Assembly: GCA_043811535.1 (NCBI GenBank)
Contig: JBDRNC010000003.1
Coordinates: forward strand, 1 to 64,000
Direction of reading: 5' to 3'
Length of the DNA stretch: 64,000 bases
Source of the DNA: Elusimicrobiota bacterium
GTDB lineage: Bacteria; Elusimicrobiota; Endomicrobiia; Endomicrobiales; JBDRNC01
The notes under the pieces are model-generated. The model ran no database searches and was not told the DNA's origin. It saw only the letters and a list, made by a program, of their open reading frames with translations. Below are positions 54,863-63,996 of this stretch, one piece after another (within the stretch, counting starts at the first letter, position 1; each line of letters begins with the position of its first letter). The translations under genes and the position numbers were made by a program.

Positions 54863-56254
54863 ATGTCAGAACAGGTTAGACTTAATTATTCCAATTGCAT
54901 GAAGGATTTCGCCGGCGAGAGCGGACTGACGGCCGAGGAATTGAACGCGCTCCAGCTCAAGATTGCCGACGCCTACCTCAACATCCAGAAAATGAAGGGC
55001 GCCGGGAAACTCGGATTCATGGAGCTTCCGTACAAGACGGAGTTTGCCCATAAAATAAAGATGGCCGCGAAAAAAATCGCACCGAAGTACGAGAATTTTG
55101 TTGTGATAGGGATTGGCGGCTCGGCTCTCGGGAATATCGCCGTTCAGCAGGCCCTGAGGCATCCTTTCTGGAATCTGCTTGACAAAAAAAGCCGCAAGGG
55201 CGGCATGAAGCTTTTCGTGCCGGATAACGTTGACCCGGATCTGCTTAGCGGCCTTTCGGATGTCATCGACCCGAAGAAGACGCTCTATAATATAGTGTCA
55301 AAATCAGGCACGACGGCCGAGTGCCTGGCGAACTATTTCGTTCTGAGGAAGATGCTCGAAAAGAAGGTCGGCAAGAAATACCGCGAGCATATAATTGTCA
55401 CAACGGACGAATCCAAGGGATATCTGCGCGAAACAGCCATCAAAGAGAACATGCTTAGTTTTGTGGTCCCAAATAACGTCGGCGGAAGGTTCTCGGTCAT
55501 GTCGTCAGTCGGATTGATATCGGCGGCGTTCACGGGCGTTGACATCGAAAAACTGCTGGCGGGCGCGGCTCAGATGGACAGCCGCTGCAATACAAATAAA
55601 CTTTTGGACAATCCCGCGGCCGTTTACGCGGCGATACAGTATCTTTTTTACTGGAAAAAACGCCCGCTTTCGGTCATGATGCCGTATTCCAGCGCGCTTT
55701 ACGGTGTAGCGGACTGGTACAGGCAGTTATGGGCGGAAAGTTTGGGAAAAAAGACTGACAGAAAAGGGCAGAATGTGTTCGTCGGGCCGACGCCGGTCAA
55801 GGCGCTCGGCGCGACAGACCAGCATTCGCAGGTCCAGCTATATATTGAAGGACCGCATGACAAGGTATTCACTTTCCTGTCGGTAGGGAAGTTCAATAGT
55901 ACGGTCAAGATTCCTTCGTACGACAGGCATTACCTGGGAGGGCATTCTTTGAACGAGCTTCTCAAGGCGGAAGAAGAGGCCACTCGGGTTGCCCTGACGA
56001 AAGAGGGGCGTCCGAACCTGACAATAGAACTCCCGTCGATAAACGCCGGCACCATTGGGCAGCTGTTCTATATGCTTGAATTGGCGACCGCGTACGCGGG
56101 TGAGCTGTTTGACATAAACGCTTTTGACCAGCCGGGCGTTGAGCTCGGCAAGGTCCTGACGTACGGTCTTATGGGACGGAGCGGTTTTGAGGACAAAAAG
56201 AAAGAGATAGAGGATTTTCTGGCAAGAAGCAATTCGCAGGCATACGAAGTATAA
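54863..56254 (+). CDS. pgi: Glucose-6-phosphate isomerase
   Basis: GIGGSALG, SKSGTTAE, VGGRFS, QLWAESLGK and FDQPGVE motifs. Confidence 0.96.
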   Translation: MSEQVRLNYSNCMKDFAGESGLTAEELNALQLKIADAYLNIQKMKGAGKLGFMELPYKTEFAHKIKMAAKKIAPKYENFVVIGIGGSALGNIAVQQALRHPFWNLLDKKSRKGGMKLFVPDNVDPDLLSGLSDVIDPKKTLYNIVSKSGTTAECLANYFVLRKMLEKKVGKKYREHIIVTTDESKGYLRETAIKENMLSFVVPNNVGGRFSVMSSVGLISAAFTGVDIEKLLAGAAQMDSRCNTNKLLDNPAAVYAAIQYLFYWKKRPLSVMMPYSSALYGVADWYRQLWAESLGKKTDRKGQNVFVGPTPVKALGATDQHSQVQLYIEGPHDKVFTFLSVGKFNSTVKIPSYDRHYLGGHSLNELLKAEEEATRVALTKEGRPNLTIELPSINAGTIGQLFYMLELATAYAGELFDINAFDQPGVELGKVLTYGLMGRSGFEDKKKEIEDFLARSNSQAYEV

Positions 56255-56292
56255 CCTAATGGCTGGGGATGGAGTGAGTTGAAAAGATAAAA

Positions 56293-56371
56293 GGCCTGCT
56301 GTCAATGAAGGGACTTTAGTCCCGTAATAGCAGGCCGGCAAATGCGAATGTAGGCGGCACTTTAGTGCCGC
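56293..56371. repeat. Pair of ACT-TT-AGT hairpins (GTAG REP-like)
   Basis: gggact-tt-agtccc inside ggcctgct/agcaggcc; then GTAG-gcggcact-tt-agtgccgc. Confidence 0.6.
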
Positions 56372-56393
56372 AATGCATCAAATGGAAGAAATC

Positions 56394-57479
56394 ATGATTA
56401 TTGTAGTCAAAATCGGCACTAATCTCCTGACGGCAAAAGACGGCACGCTGGATAAATCATGCGTGAAGTCTTTTGTATCCGATATTGTCGCGGCGAAGAA
56501 AAGCGGCCACAGCATCGTGCTTGTCACGTCCGGCGCCATCGGCGCGGGCATTGGCCGCATGAAACTGAAGAGCCGCCCGAAGACGCTCAAGGAAAAACAG
56601 GCGCTTGCCGCTATCGGCCAGCCGGTCCTTATGGACGCGTACCAGGAATATTTCGAAGAAATGGGCCAGACAATCGCGCAGGTGCTTCTTACCAGGCAGG
56701 ATTTCGTGGACAGGGAGAGATATCTCAACGCGAGAAACACGATGCTGACGCTTATAGAGATGGGAGTAATTCCGGTCATCAATGAAAATGATACCGTCGC
56801 AGTTGAAGAGATAAATTTCAGCGGAAACGACATGCTTGCCGCGCTGGTGGCGGCCAAGATAAGCGCCGATCTGCTTGTCATACTTACGGATGTGGACGGG
56901 CTTTACGACGGCGAGCCGGGCAAAGGCAAACTCATCAGGGCGGTGGAAAAAATAACCGGCGAAATAGAGTCGCTCGCTTCGGACAAGTCGGGCAGCGGAA
57001 AAGGCGTGGGCGGCATGAAGACAAAGATAGAGGCCGCGAAGGTTGCCGGCGCCGCGGGCGTTACAACCGTAATAGCCAACGGCTCGAAAGACGGCATTTT
57101 AAACAGGATATCGTCCGGCGAAAAAGACGGCACCGTGTTCGCTCCGTCTAAACAGCTTGAAGCCAGAAAATGCTGGATCGCGTTCGGAACGAAATGCAGC
57201 GGCAGGATTTTTGTGGACAAGGGAGCCGCCGCGGCGATCGTAGAACGGGGAAAGAGCCTGCTTGCTTCGGGAATAACCAAATCGGAAGGCAAATACGAGA
57301 AAGGCGATACAGTGAGCGTCCTGGACGCAGACGGCAAAGAGGTAGCACGCGGCCTTGTAGCGTTCTCATCGGCTGAAATTGATAAGATAAAAGGCAAAAA
57401 ATCCGCTGAAATAGCCGGAATAATCGGCTATGCCGGCGCCGAAGAAGTAATACACAGGGACAATCTGGTAATACTATAG
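56394..57479 (+). CDS. proB: Glutamate 5-kinase with PUA domain
   Basis: VVKIGT, VTSGAI, PVINEND, LTDVDGL, GGMKTK and IHRDNL motifs. Confidence 0.96.
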   Translation: MIIVVKIGTNLLTAKDGTLDKSCVKSFVSDIVAAKKSGHSIVLVTSGAIGAGIGRMKLKSRPKTLKEKQALAAIGQPVLMDAYQEYFEEMGQTIAQVLLTRQDFVDRERYLNARNTMLTLIEMGVIPVINENDTVAVEEINFSGNDMLAALVAAKISADLLVILTDVDGLYDGEPGKGKLIRAVEKITGEIESLASDKSGSGKGVGGMKTKIEAAKVAGAAGVTTVIANGSKDGILNRISSGEKDGTVFAPSKQLEARKCWIAFGTKCSGRIFVDKGAAAAIVERGKSLLASGITKSEGKYEKGDTVSVLDADGKEVARGLVAFSSAEIDKIKGKKSAEIAGIIGYAGAEEVIHRDNLVIL

Positions 57480-57549
57480 AATAGAGACTAGAAAATAGAG
57501 AATAGAGAATACCTAAGCGCTATTTTCCAAGCCCTATTCCCTCCATTCT
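57477..57549. repeat. Heptamer inverted array (TAGAGAA/CTATTYY)
   Basis: tagagac tagaaaa tagagaa tagagaa ... ctatttt ccaagcc ctattcc ctccattct. Confidence 0.7.
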
Positions 57550-57556
57550 TTTCCTC

Positions 57557-57585
57557 TTGTAAAACTAATTGTTTTTTGCTACAAT
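57557..57585 (+). promoter_or_regulatory. sigma70 promoter of the rpsF operon
   Basis: TTGTAA-N17-TACAAT with extended TGn. Confidence 0.7.
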
Positions 57586-57600
57586 TACCCAAGTCGAAAG

Positions 57601-57678
57601 CCATACTTTGCTTCCCCGATTTATCGGGGAGGCTACAACCCCGCGAAGAACAGGGGAAAATCCAAAAAGGAGGTGTTT
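57601..57678 (+). ncRNA. Putative S6:S18 ribosomal leader
   Basis: Structured 5' UTR: ctttgc ... tccccgat-tt-atcgggga ... cccc/gggg ... tccaaaaaggaggtg, ending at the rpsF SD. Confidence 0.45.
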
Positions 57679-58068
57679 ATGAATTACGAATCCACGTTTA
57701 TTTGCTCGCCTGAATTACCAGCCGAAAAGATCGAAGAACTCATCGAGAAAACAAGGAAAACAGTAGAAGGCGCGAACGGACAGGTCAAGCTTGTTCAGCA
57801 GCTGGGTAAAAAGAAACTTGCCTATCCTATCAAGAAATACAAGGAAGGCAGTTACGTTTTCATGGAGCTTGCGGGCCCCGGAGAGATTATCACGTCCCTT
57901 GAGAATTTTTTCAAGGTGCACGATTCCGTTATCCGCTATCTCACCGTGAAAGTTGAAAAGAAACCTGTCGTCAAAAAAGCAGTTCCTGAGAATCCCGACG
58001 CAGTCGGGGCAGAGGGGGAGGTAAAAGCAGATGGCCAACAGCAATCTACGACTACCGGAGCAGAATAA
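57679..58068 (+). CDS. rpsF: 30S ribosomal protein S6
   Basis: MNYESTFI, GKKKLAYPIKK and VIRYL motifs. Confidence 0.96.
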   Translation: MNYESTFICSPELPAEKIEELIEKTRKTVEGANGQVKLVQQLGKKKLAYPIKKYKEGSYVFMELAGPGEIITSLENFFKVHDSVIRYLTVKVEKKPVVKKAVPENPDAVGAEGEVKADGQQQSTTTGAE

Positions 58069-58477
58069 CGTAATCCTGGTAGGACGCTTAACTCGTGATC
58101 CGGACTCGGGCTCAACCACTAAGGGCCAGGCGATATGCCGTTTTGATATTGCCGTCAACCGCCGCTACAAGGACAATACAGGGAACTGGCAGGACGATGT
58201 GTCCTACATCCCTATAGTTGTGTGGGGCGATTCGGCAAAACGCTGCGGCGAGCGCCTGAAAAAGGGGACGCCGGTCCACATTGAAGGCCGCCTAAAGAGC
58301 CGCTCGTGGGAAACAAAGGAAGGGCAGAAGAGAACCACTCTTGAAGTCATTGCCCGCCGCGTGCAGTTCCTTTCAAAAGCTGAAACCGGAGGAGCTGAAG
58401 TGGAATCGCAGGAAGCAGAAGAAGGCGCTCCGGCGCCGGCCGCCGCCGGCGGATCCGACGAAGAGATACCGTTTTAA
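58031..58477 (+). CDS. ssb: Single-stranded DNA-binding protein
   Basis: VILVGRLTRDP, IEGRL..RSW and a C-terminal DEEIPF. Confidence 0.97.
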   Translation: MANSNLRLPEQNNVILVGRLTRDPDSGSTTKGQAICRFDIAVNRRYKDNTGNWQDDVSYIPIVVWGDSAKRCGERLKKGTPVHIEGRLKSRSWETKEGQKRTTLEVIARRVQFLSKAETGGAEVESQEAEEGAPAPAAAGGSDEEIPF

Positions 58478-58478
58478 A

Positions 58479-58576
58479 TAGCGATAGCAATCAGCAATTA
58501 GCGATTGGCAATTAGTAAAAATACAAGAACACATTATTTCAAACTACTAATTGCCAATGGCAAATAGCTAATTGCC
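58479..58576. repeat. Heptamer inverted array (GCAATTA/TAATTGC)
   Basis: gcaatca gcaatta gcgattg gcaatta g ... ctaattg ccaatgg caaatag ctaattgc. Confidence 0.85.
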
Positions 58577-58646
58577 GGTGCATAGCGATTGACGAGCAAC
58601 GAAACCAAAAATGAGCAAAAAGATACGAACATGGAGGTAGAACAAT

Positions 58647-58967
58647 ATGGTAGGAGAAAGAAAGACATTCCACAAAGGGCCCAGGCCTGGCGGAGGACCC
58701 GGCGGACCGGGCGGACGCCCGGGAGCCGGCGGTCCCAGAAGGTTCGGGAAACGCGGCGCGCCGATGCCCAAAAAAGTGTGCCGTTTCTGCGCGGATAAGA
58801 TGGAGATAGACTATAAGAACATCAACATGCTCCGCACGTACATTACCGACAGGGGCAAGATACTTACCGGCAGAATAACCGGCACTTGCGCCAAGCACCA
58901 GCGCACATTGACGACAGCTGTCAAGCGCGCGCGCATGCTCGCGCTTTTGCCGTTCGCAATAGTATAG
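58647..58967 (+). CDS. rpsR: 30S ribosomal protein S18 (Zn-binding type, G/P/R-rich N-terminal tail)
   Basis: CRFC, IDYKN, GKI..RITG.CAKHQR and RAR.LALLPF motifs. Confidence 0.97.
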   Translation: MVGERKTFHKGPRPGGGPGGPGGRPGAGGPRRFGKRGAPMPKKVCRFCADKMEIDYKNINMLRTYITDRGKILTGRITGTCAKHQRTLTTAVKRARMLALLPFAIV

Positions 58968-58998
58968 GAAACGCGCTTTCACAAAGGTCCAAATGGGA

Positions 58999-59106
58999 TT
59001 CATCCCGTTAGACCTTTAGCGGCGCCGTAAAAATGCGAAAATGTTGTTGCTGAACGAATACTTCGGTTTTTACGTGAATTCATACAGGGAGGTCTAACGG
59101 GATGAA
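58999..59106. repeat. Element with perfect 17-bp terminal inverted repeats overlapping the rplI SD and ATG
   Basis: TTCATCCCGTTAGACCT (58999-59015) / AGGTCTAACGGGATGAA (59090-59106). Confidence 0.9.
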
Positions 59107-59551
59107 AGTGATATTGCAAAGCGACGTGCAGAATATAGGGCGTCGCGGAGATATTAAAGACGTTTCAGCCGGATACGCGCGGAACTTTCTTCTGCCACAA
59201 AAACTCGCGCTGGAAGCCAATGATCAGAACATGAAGCTGCTTGAAAGGGAAAAAAACAAGATAGCCAGGCAGCTTGAGCAGGAAGTTGCGGCTGCCCGGG
59301 AGCTCGCGCAGAATATGGAGAAGGCGTCGTTCACGGTCAACGCAAAAGCGGGAGAAGGCGGAAAGCTTTTTGGCTCGGTGACAAACACCGATGTCGCCAA
59401 GGCGCTTGAGGAAAAGGGATTTTCCTTTGATAAACATAACATCACGCTCCCTGATCACATAAAAGAAGTAGGTGTATTCCACGCGGACGTGAAAGTCCAC
59501 CAGGACGTAACGGCAAAAATAAAGATTTGGGTAGTGGAAGAGAAAGAATAA
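59102..59551 (+). CDS. rplI: 50S ribosomal protein L9
   Basis: MKVIL..DV, GYARNFLLP and GKLFGSVT motifs. Confidence 0.97.
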   Translation: MKVILQSDVQNIGRRGDIKDVSAGYARNFLLPQKLALEANDQNMKLLEREKNKIARQLEQEVAAARELAQNMEKASFTVNAKAGEGGKLFGSVTNTDVAKALEEKGFSFDKHNITLPDHIKEVGVFHADVKVHQDVTAKIKIWVVEEKE

Positions 59552-59555
59552 AGGC

Positions 59556-59642
59556 AATTACAAATTACAGATTACAAATTCCAGATTAACGACAAAGCAA
59601 TTATCTGACAAATTTGTAATTTGTAATATGGAATCTGTAATT
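59556..59642. repeat. Heptamer inverted array (ATTACAR/YTGTAAT)
   Basis: attacaa attacag attacaa attccag attaacgac ... aatttgt aatttgt aatatgg aatctgt aatt. Confidence 0.88.
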
Positions 59643-59647
59643 AACTT

Positions 59648-61003
59648 ATGGCTGAAAACTTAGACCGCATACCGCCGCAGGCTCTGGAAGCCGAGATGGC
59701 TGTCCTTGGTTCGATGCTTATCGAGAAAGAGGCAATCGTCAAGGTGCTCGATTTCGTGCACGATAACGATTTTTACAAGGACGCGAATAAGAATATCTTC
59801 CGCGCGGTCCGGGACCTCTATCTTGACAACCAGCCTGTGGATGCGATAACGGTAGCGGCAAAACTCAAAAAGGAAAAGCTCCTTGACGAAATCGGTGGCC
59901 CGGCTTACCTGACCCAGTTGATCAATTTTGTTTCGACAGCCGCCAACGTTGAGCACTACGCCGGTATCGTGCGCGAGAAATCCGTATTGCGCCAGCTAAT
60001 CAATGTTGGGACGGATATCGTGAGCGCGTCTTTCAGCGAGAAACGTTCCGCTGAAGAGATACTGGACAACGCTGAAGCCACGCTTTACAGGGTATCCGAA
60101 CTGGGGACGTCCAAAGGCTTCACGGCGATATCGGATCTCGTGCACCCAACCCTTGAAAATCTTGAAAAACTCCACGCGAACAAGAAGGATGTCCCGGGCC
60201 TGAGGACTGGATTTGACGAGCTGGACAGGATGACAGCCGGCCTGCAGCCGTCGGAACTGATAATCCTGGCGGGCCGTCCGTCCATGGGTAAGACAGCTTT
60301 TGGGATCAATATCGTTGAGAACGTGGCGATGAACGAAAAAAAAGCGGTTGCCATATTCTCGCTGGAAATGTCAAAGGAACAGTTGATGCTCAGGCTTCTC
60401 TGTTCAGCCGCGCAGGTTGACGCGCACAAGACGCGCCAGGGATACATCGCGAGCCAGAGCTGGTCAAAACTCACGACCATCGCCGCCAAAATTGCCGAAG
60501 CGCCGATCTACATAGATGACAGCACGTCGCTGAGCGTCATGGAAGTCAGGACAAGGGCGCGGCGCCTCGCGACGGAATTAAAAGTGCAGAAGAAAGAACT
60601 TTCGCTCATAGTGATAGATTATATACAGATGATGCGCGGCGTAGGCAGGACGGAATCCCGCCAGCAAGAAATGGCCGAAATATCAAGATCGCTTAAGGGG
60701 CTGGCGCGCGACCTTCAGGTGCCCGTTGTCGCGCTTTCACAGCTTTCAAGAAAACCGGAAGAGAAGGGCCGCGAGGGAAAGCCGCAGCTTTCCGACTTGC
60801 GCGAATCGGGAGCGCTTGAACAGGACGCGGATGTCGTGGCTTTTATTTTCCGCGAAGGGTACTACCGCCGCGACGACCCGGATCTGGAACGGAAGGCGAC
60901 CCTGATACTGGCGAAACAGAGGAACGGCCCTACGGGCGAGATCGATCTTGCCTTTATCAGGGAATTCACAAGGTTTGAAAACGTGGTAAGGACTGAAGCG
61001 TAA
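59648..61003 (+). CDS. dnaB: Replicative DNA helicase
   Basis: AGRPSMGKT, FSLEMS, IDYIQM, LSQLSR, DLRESGALEQDAD and KQRNGPTG motifs. Confidence 0.98.
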   Translation: MAENLDRIPPQALEAEMAVLGSMLIEKEAIVKVLDFVHDNDFYKDANKNIFRAVRDLYLDNQPVDAITVAAKLKKEKLLDEIGGPAYLTQLINFVSTAANVEHYAGIVREKSVLRQLINVGTDIVSASFSEKRSAEEILDNAEATLYRVSELGTSKGFTAISDLVHPTLENLEKLHANKKDVPGLRTGFDELDRMTAGLQPSELIILAGRPSMGKTAFGINIVENVAMNEKKAVAIFSLEMSKEQLMLRLLCSAAQVDAHKTRQGYIASQSWSKLTTIAAKIAEAPIYIDDSTSLSVMEVRTRARRLATELKVQKKELSLIVIDYIQMMRGVGRTESRQQEMAEISRSLKGLARDLQVPVVALSQLSRKPEEKGREGKPQLSDLRESGALEQDADVVAFIFREGYYRRDDPDLERKATLILAKQRNGPTGEIDLAFIREFTRFENVVRTEA

Positions 61004-61124
61004 GCAGTGAGGTTACGGCAGCTCGATAGGATAACTCATGAACGCACAGAAACCTTCACTCAGCCACATGAGCACCGATACCGGCAGGAACAAATTTGCC
61101 TCCTGCGGATGGTACACGGGGAAC

Positions 61125-62240
61125 ATGCCGGCATACCGCCCGACTTGGGCGGAGATAGACCTGAAAGCTTTCCGCAATAACTTCCTGAAAATCAAATCAC
61201 GCCTGAAGAAAAAAACAAAAATACTGGCTGTCGTGAAAGCCAACGCATACGGGCATTCCGCCGTTCCGCTTTCGCAAGAAGCGCTGAAACTCGGCGCCGC
61301 AGCGCTCGGCGTTTCCTCTCTTGAAGAAGGCATAGTCCTGCGCGAGAACGGTGTAAAGGGGGAGATACTGATTCTCGGGAGCATTTACCCGCTTGAAAAT
61401 CTCGCGGCGGCCTGCCAGTATGATCTCATACCGACAATATCCAGCGTTCAGGGGCTTGCGGAGCTCGCGCGCGTCGCTAAGCGCTGTAAGAAACGCCTGC
61501 CGTTCCATCTTAAGACGGATACCGGAATGGGGCGTATCGGGGTTTCGGCGGAATCCGCCCCGCGCCTGCTTGAAAAGATAGTGCTGAAGAGCGAAGTGAA
61601 GATGGCCGGCATGTACACGCATTTTGCCTGCGCCGATTCCGACAAGGAGTTCACTCAAAGGCAGTTGTTGAAATTTAATGAAGCGGTAAGACGCGCGAGA
61701 TTGCTGGGGCTGGAGTTTTCAGCTCACGCCGCGAATTCAGCGGCGCTGTTTAAATACAAACAGGCCCATCTTGACATGGTGCGCCCCGGCATAAGTCTTT
61801 ACGGGATGGATCCTTTCGCGGGCGCGGAAAAAATGCTGAAACTGGAGCCGGTGCTTTCATGGAAGACCAGGATAGTCTATCTGAAAAAAGTCAAAAAGAA
61901 CGCGACCATAAGCTACGGAAGGACATATACCGCCAAAAGGCCCGCGGTCATCGCGACGCTTCCGGTCGGATACGCTGACGGCTACAGCAGGGGCCTGTCA
62001 AATAAAGGCGAGGTGCTTATACGTTCAAAACGCTGCCCTGTTGTAGGCAGGGTCACGATGGACATGATAATGGTTGACGCCACGAACGCCCAGGGCGTCG
62101 AGATAGGCGACGAGGCGGTGCTCATAGGCAGGCAGGGCGACGCGAAGCTGACGGCGGAAAACATGGCGGCAAAACTCAACACGATAAATTACGAAGTTAC
62201 GTGCGGCATAAGCTACAGGGTGCCGAGAATCATTATATAA
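61125..62240 (+). CDS. alr: Alanine racemase
   Basis: AVVKANAYGH, DTGMGR.G, VRPGI and GYADG motifs. Start uncertain (61038, 61068 or 61125). Confidence 0.95.
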   Translation: MPAYRPTWAEIDLKAFRNNFLKIKSRLKKKTKILAVVKANAYGHSAVPLSQEALKLGAAALGVSSLEEGIVLRENGVKGEILILGSIYPLENLAAACQYDLIPTISSVQGLAELARVAKRCKKRLPFHLKTDTGMGRIGVSAESAPRLLEKIVLKSEVKMAGMYTHFACADSDKEFTQRQLLKFNEAVRRARLLGLEFSAHAANSAALFKYKQAHLDMVRPGISLYGMDPFAGAEKMLKLEPVLSWKTRIVYLKKVKKNATISYGRTYTAKRPAVIATLPVGYADGYSRGLSNKGEVLIRSKRCPVVGRVTMDMIMVDATNAQGVEIGDEAVLIGRQGDAKLTAENMAAKLNTINYEVTCGISYRVPRIII

Positions 62241-62249
62241 CGGCAAAGG

Positions 62250-62332
62250 CGTATCTAGTATCTCGTATCTGGTATCTAGCAGACAAAGCTTAACAAACGA
62301 CGAGATACGAGTCCCGAGATACGAACGACGAA
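62250..62332. repeat. Heptamer inverted array (GTATCTN/GAGATAC)
   Basis: gtatcta gtatctc gtatctg gtatcta ... gagatac gagtccc gagatac gaacgac. Confidence 0.88.
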
Positions 62333-62340
62333 TTTAAAAT

Positions 62341-63132
62341 ATGTTCTTGAAATTCTTAGAAACCATCGGAAGAAAAACTCTCGCGCTGTCCCAGACTCTC
62401 GGGCAGGTGGCGAAGCTTTTCTCGCAGACGTTCTTGTGGATAGGCAGGGGCGCGCTTGAACCGAAGAACACGCTCATTCAGATGGTTGAAGTCGGCGTAA
62501 ATTCCCTGCCCGTAATCATCCTGACATCTCTTTCAACTGGAATGGTGCTTGCCCTGCAGATGGGCTCTTCGTTCCGCAATACATTTAACGAGCCGATATT
62601 TCTGGGCACCCTTGTTTCGTTCTCTCTCGTCAGAGAGCTTTCTCCGGTGCTGACTTCTATAGTCATCTCGGGCCGCGTTGGCGCGGCTATAGCGGCGGAA
62701 ATAGGGACGATGAAAGTCACCGAACAGCTTGATGCTTTATACACTCTGGGCACGAGCCCGGTAAAATACCTGGCGGTCCCGCGGTTCCTGGCCTGTATTA
62801 CGATGGTTCCGATTCTTTCGGTAATCGCCAATGTAGTAGGTGTTCTGGGCGGGTTGTTTGTAAGCACGTATGTCTGGCGGGTCCCTTCGTCCGTATACTG
62901 GGATGATATTTTTAACTTCATGACTGTTGATGACTTCTTTCACGGATTTATTAAAGCGTTTTTCTTCGCGACGATAATTGTTACGACTTCCGTGTATAAG
63001 GGTTTCACCTGTGAAGGCGGCGCGGAAGGCGTCGGCAGGACCACGACGAACGCCGTCATGATATCCATGGTGCTGATACTGATAATCGACTATTTTTTGT
63101 CGGCGATACTTAAATCGATGGGAATAGGATAA
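62341..63132 (+). CDS. mlaE: MlaE-family ABC permease
   Basis: RELSPVL, AEIGTMKVTEQLDAL and GGAEGVG motifs. Confidence 0.92.
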   Translation: MFLKFLETIGRKTLALSQTLGQVAKLFSQTFLWIGRGALEPKNTLIQMVEVGVNSLPVIILTSLSTGMVLALQMGSSFRNTFNEPIFLGTLVSFSLVRELSPVLTSIVISGRVGAAIAAEIGTMKVTEQLDALYTLGTSPVKYLAVPRFLACITMVPILSVIANVVGVLGGLFVSTYVWRVPSSVYWDDIFNFMTVDDFFHGFIKAFFFATIIVTTSVYKGFTCEGGAEGVGRTTTNAVMISMVLILIIDYFLSAILKSMGIG

Positions 63133-63145
63133 TAACAACAGTAAC

Positions 63146-63227
63146 GGGTATTGTGTATTGTATTACGGGAAAAATGCAAGAGATGCAATACCATAAACCC
63201 AATACCCGATACTCAATACTCAATACT
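63146..63227. repeat. Heptamer inverted array (GTATTGN/CAATACY)
   Basis: gggtatt gtgtatt gtatt ... caatacc cgatact caatact caatact. Confidence 0.8.
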
Positions 63228-63234
63228 ACATTAA

Positions 63235-63996
63235 ATGATTAAGATATCCGACGTCCACAAGAAATTCGGCTCTCATCTCGTGCTTCAGGGCGCAAGCCTT
63301 GAGGTGCGCGACGGCGAGACCATCACGATCATCGGCGGCTCGGGCTGCGGTAAATCCGTGCTTCTTAAGAATATCACGGGCCTGCTGAAACCGGAGCGCG
63401 GTAACATCGTCATAGACGGGATGGACATAACAAAAGAAGACGAAGAAGATGTGTTTGAAGCGCAGAAGAAATTCGGCTACCTGTTCCAGGGCGCCGCGCT
63501 GTTCGACTCTCTGACGGTTGAGGAGAATATCGCTTTCGGGCTCAAGAATCTGAGCAAGATGCTTCCCGGAGACATGCGCATGCGCGTCCGCGACTGCCTC
63601 GCGATGGTAGGCTTGAAAGGCATAGAACATCTTAAGCCCGCCGAACTGTCGGGCGGGATGAAAAAAAGAGTCGGTCTTGCGCGAGCCATCGCGCACGAAC
63701 CGAAATACGTGCTTTACGACGAGCCGACTACGGGACTTGATCCGATAATGGCAGACGTCATCAACGATCTGATATTACACCTTCAGAAGACTATCAAGGT
63801 CACATCCGTAGCGGTCACGCACGACATGAAATCCGCGTATAAAATATCCGACCGCATCGCGATGCTGTATAACGGCAAGATAATAGAAACCGGTTCTCCG
63901 GACCAGATAAAAAACACGAAAAATGAAGTAGTACACCAGTTCATAGAGGGATTAAGTCAGGGGCCGATAACGGTGGACCTGGAGAAGGCGTTTTAA
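63235..63996 (+). CDS. mlaF: MlaF-family ABC ATPase
   Basis: GGSGCGKS, FQGAALFDSL, LSGGMKKRV, YDEPTTGLDP and VTHD motifs. Confidence 0.92.
   Translation: MIKISDVHKKFGSHLVLQGASLEVRDGETITIIGGSGCGKSVLLKNITGLLKPERGNIVIDGMDITKEDEEDVFEAQKKFGYLFQGAALFDSLTVEENIAFGLKNLSKMLPGDMRMRVRDCLAMVGLKGIEHLKPAELSGGMKKRVGLARAIAHEPKYVLYDEPTTGLDPIMADVINDLILHLQKTIKVTSVAVTHDMKSAYKISDRIAMLYNGKIIETGSPDQIKNTKNEVVHQFIEGLSQGPITVDLEKAF

Noticed and set aside
58670..58760. GC-rich repeats in the rpsR 5' end as an inserted element
   Set aside because: They have codon periodicity (GGP repeats) typical of low-complexity S18 tails, not period 7.
59648..61003. Intein in dnaB
   Set aside because: The protein has a normal length of 451 aa with contiguous motifs.
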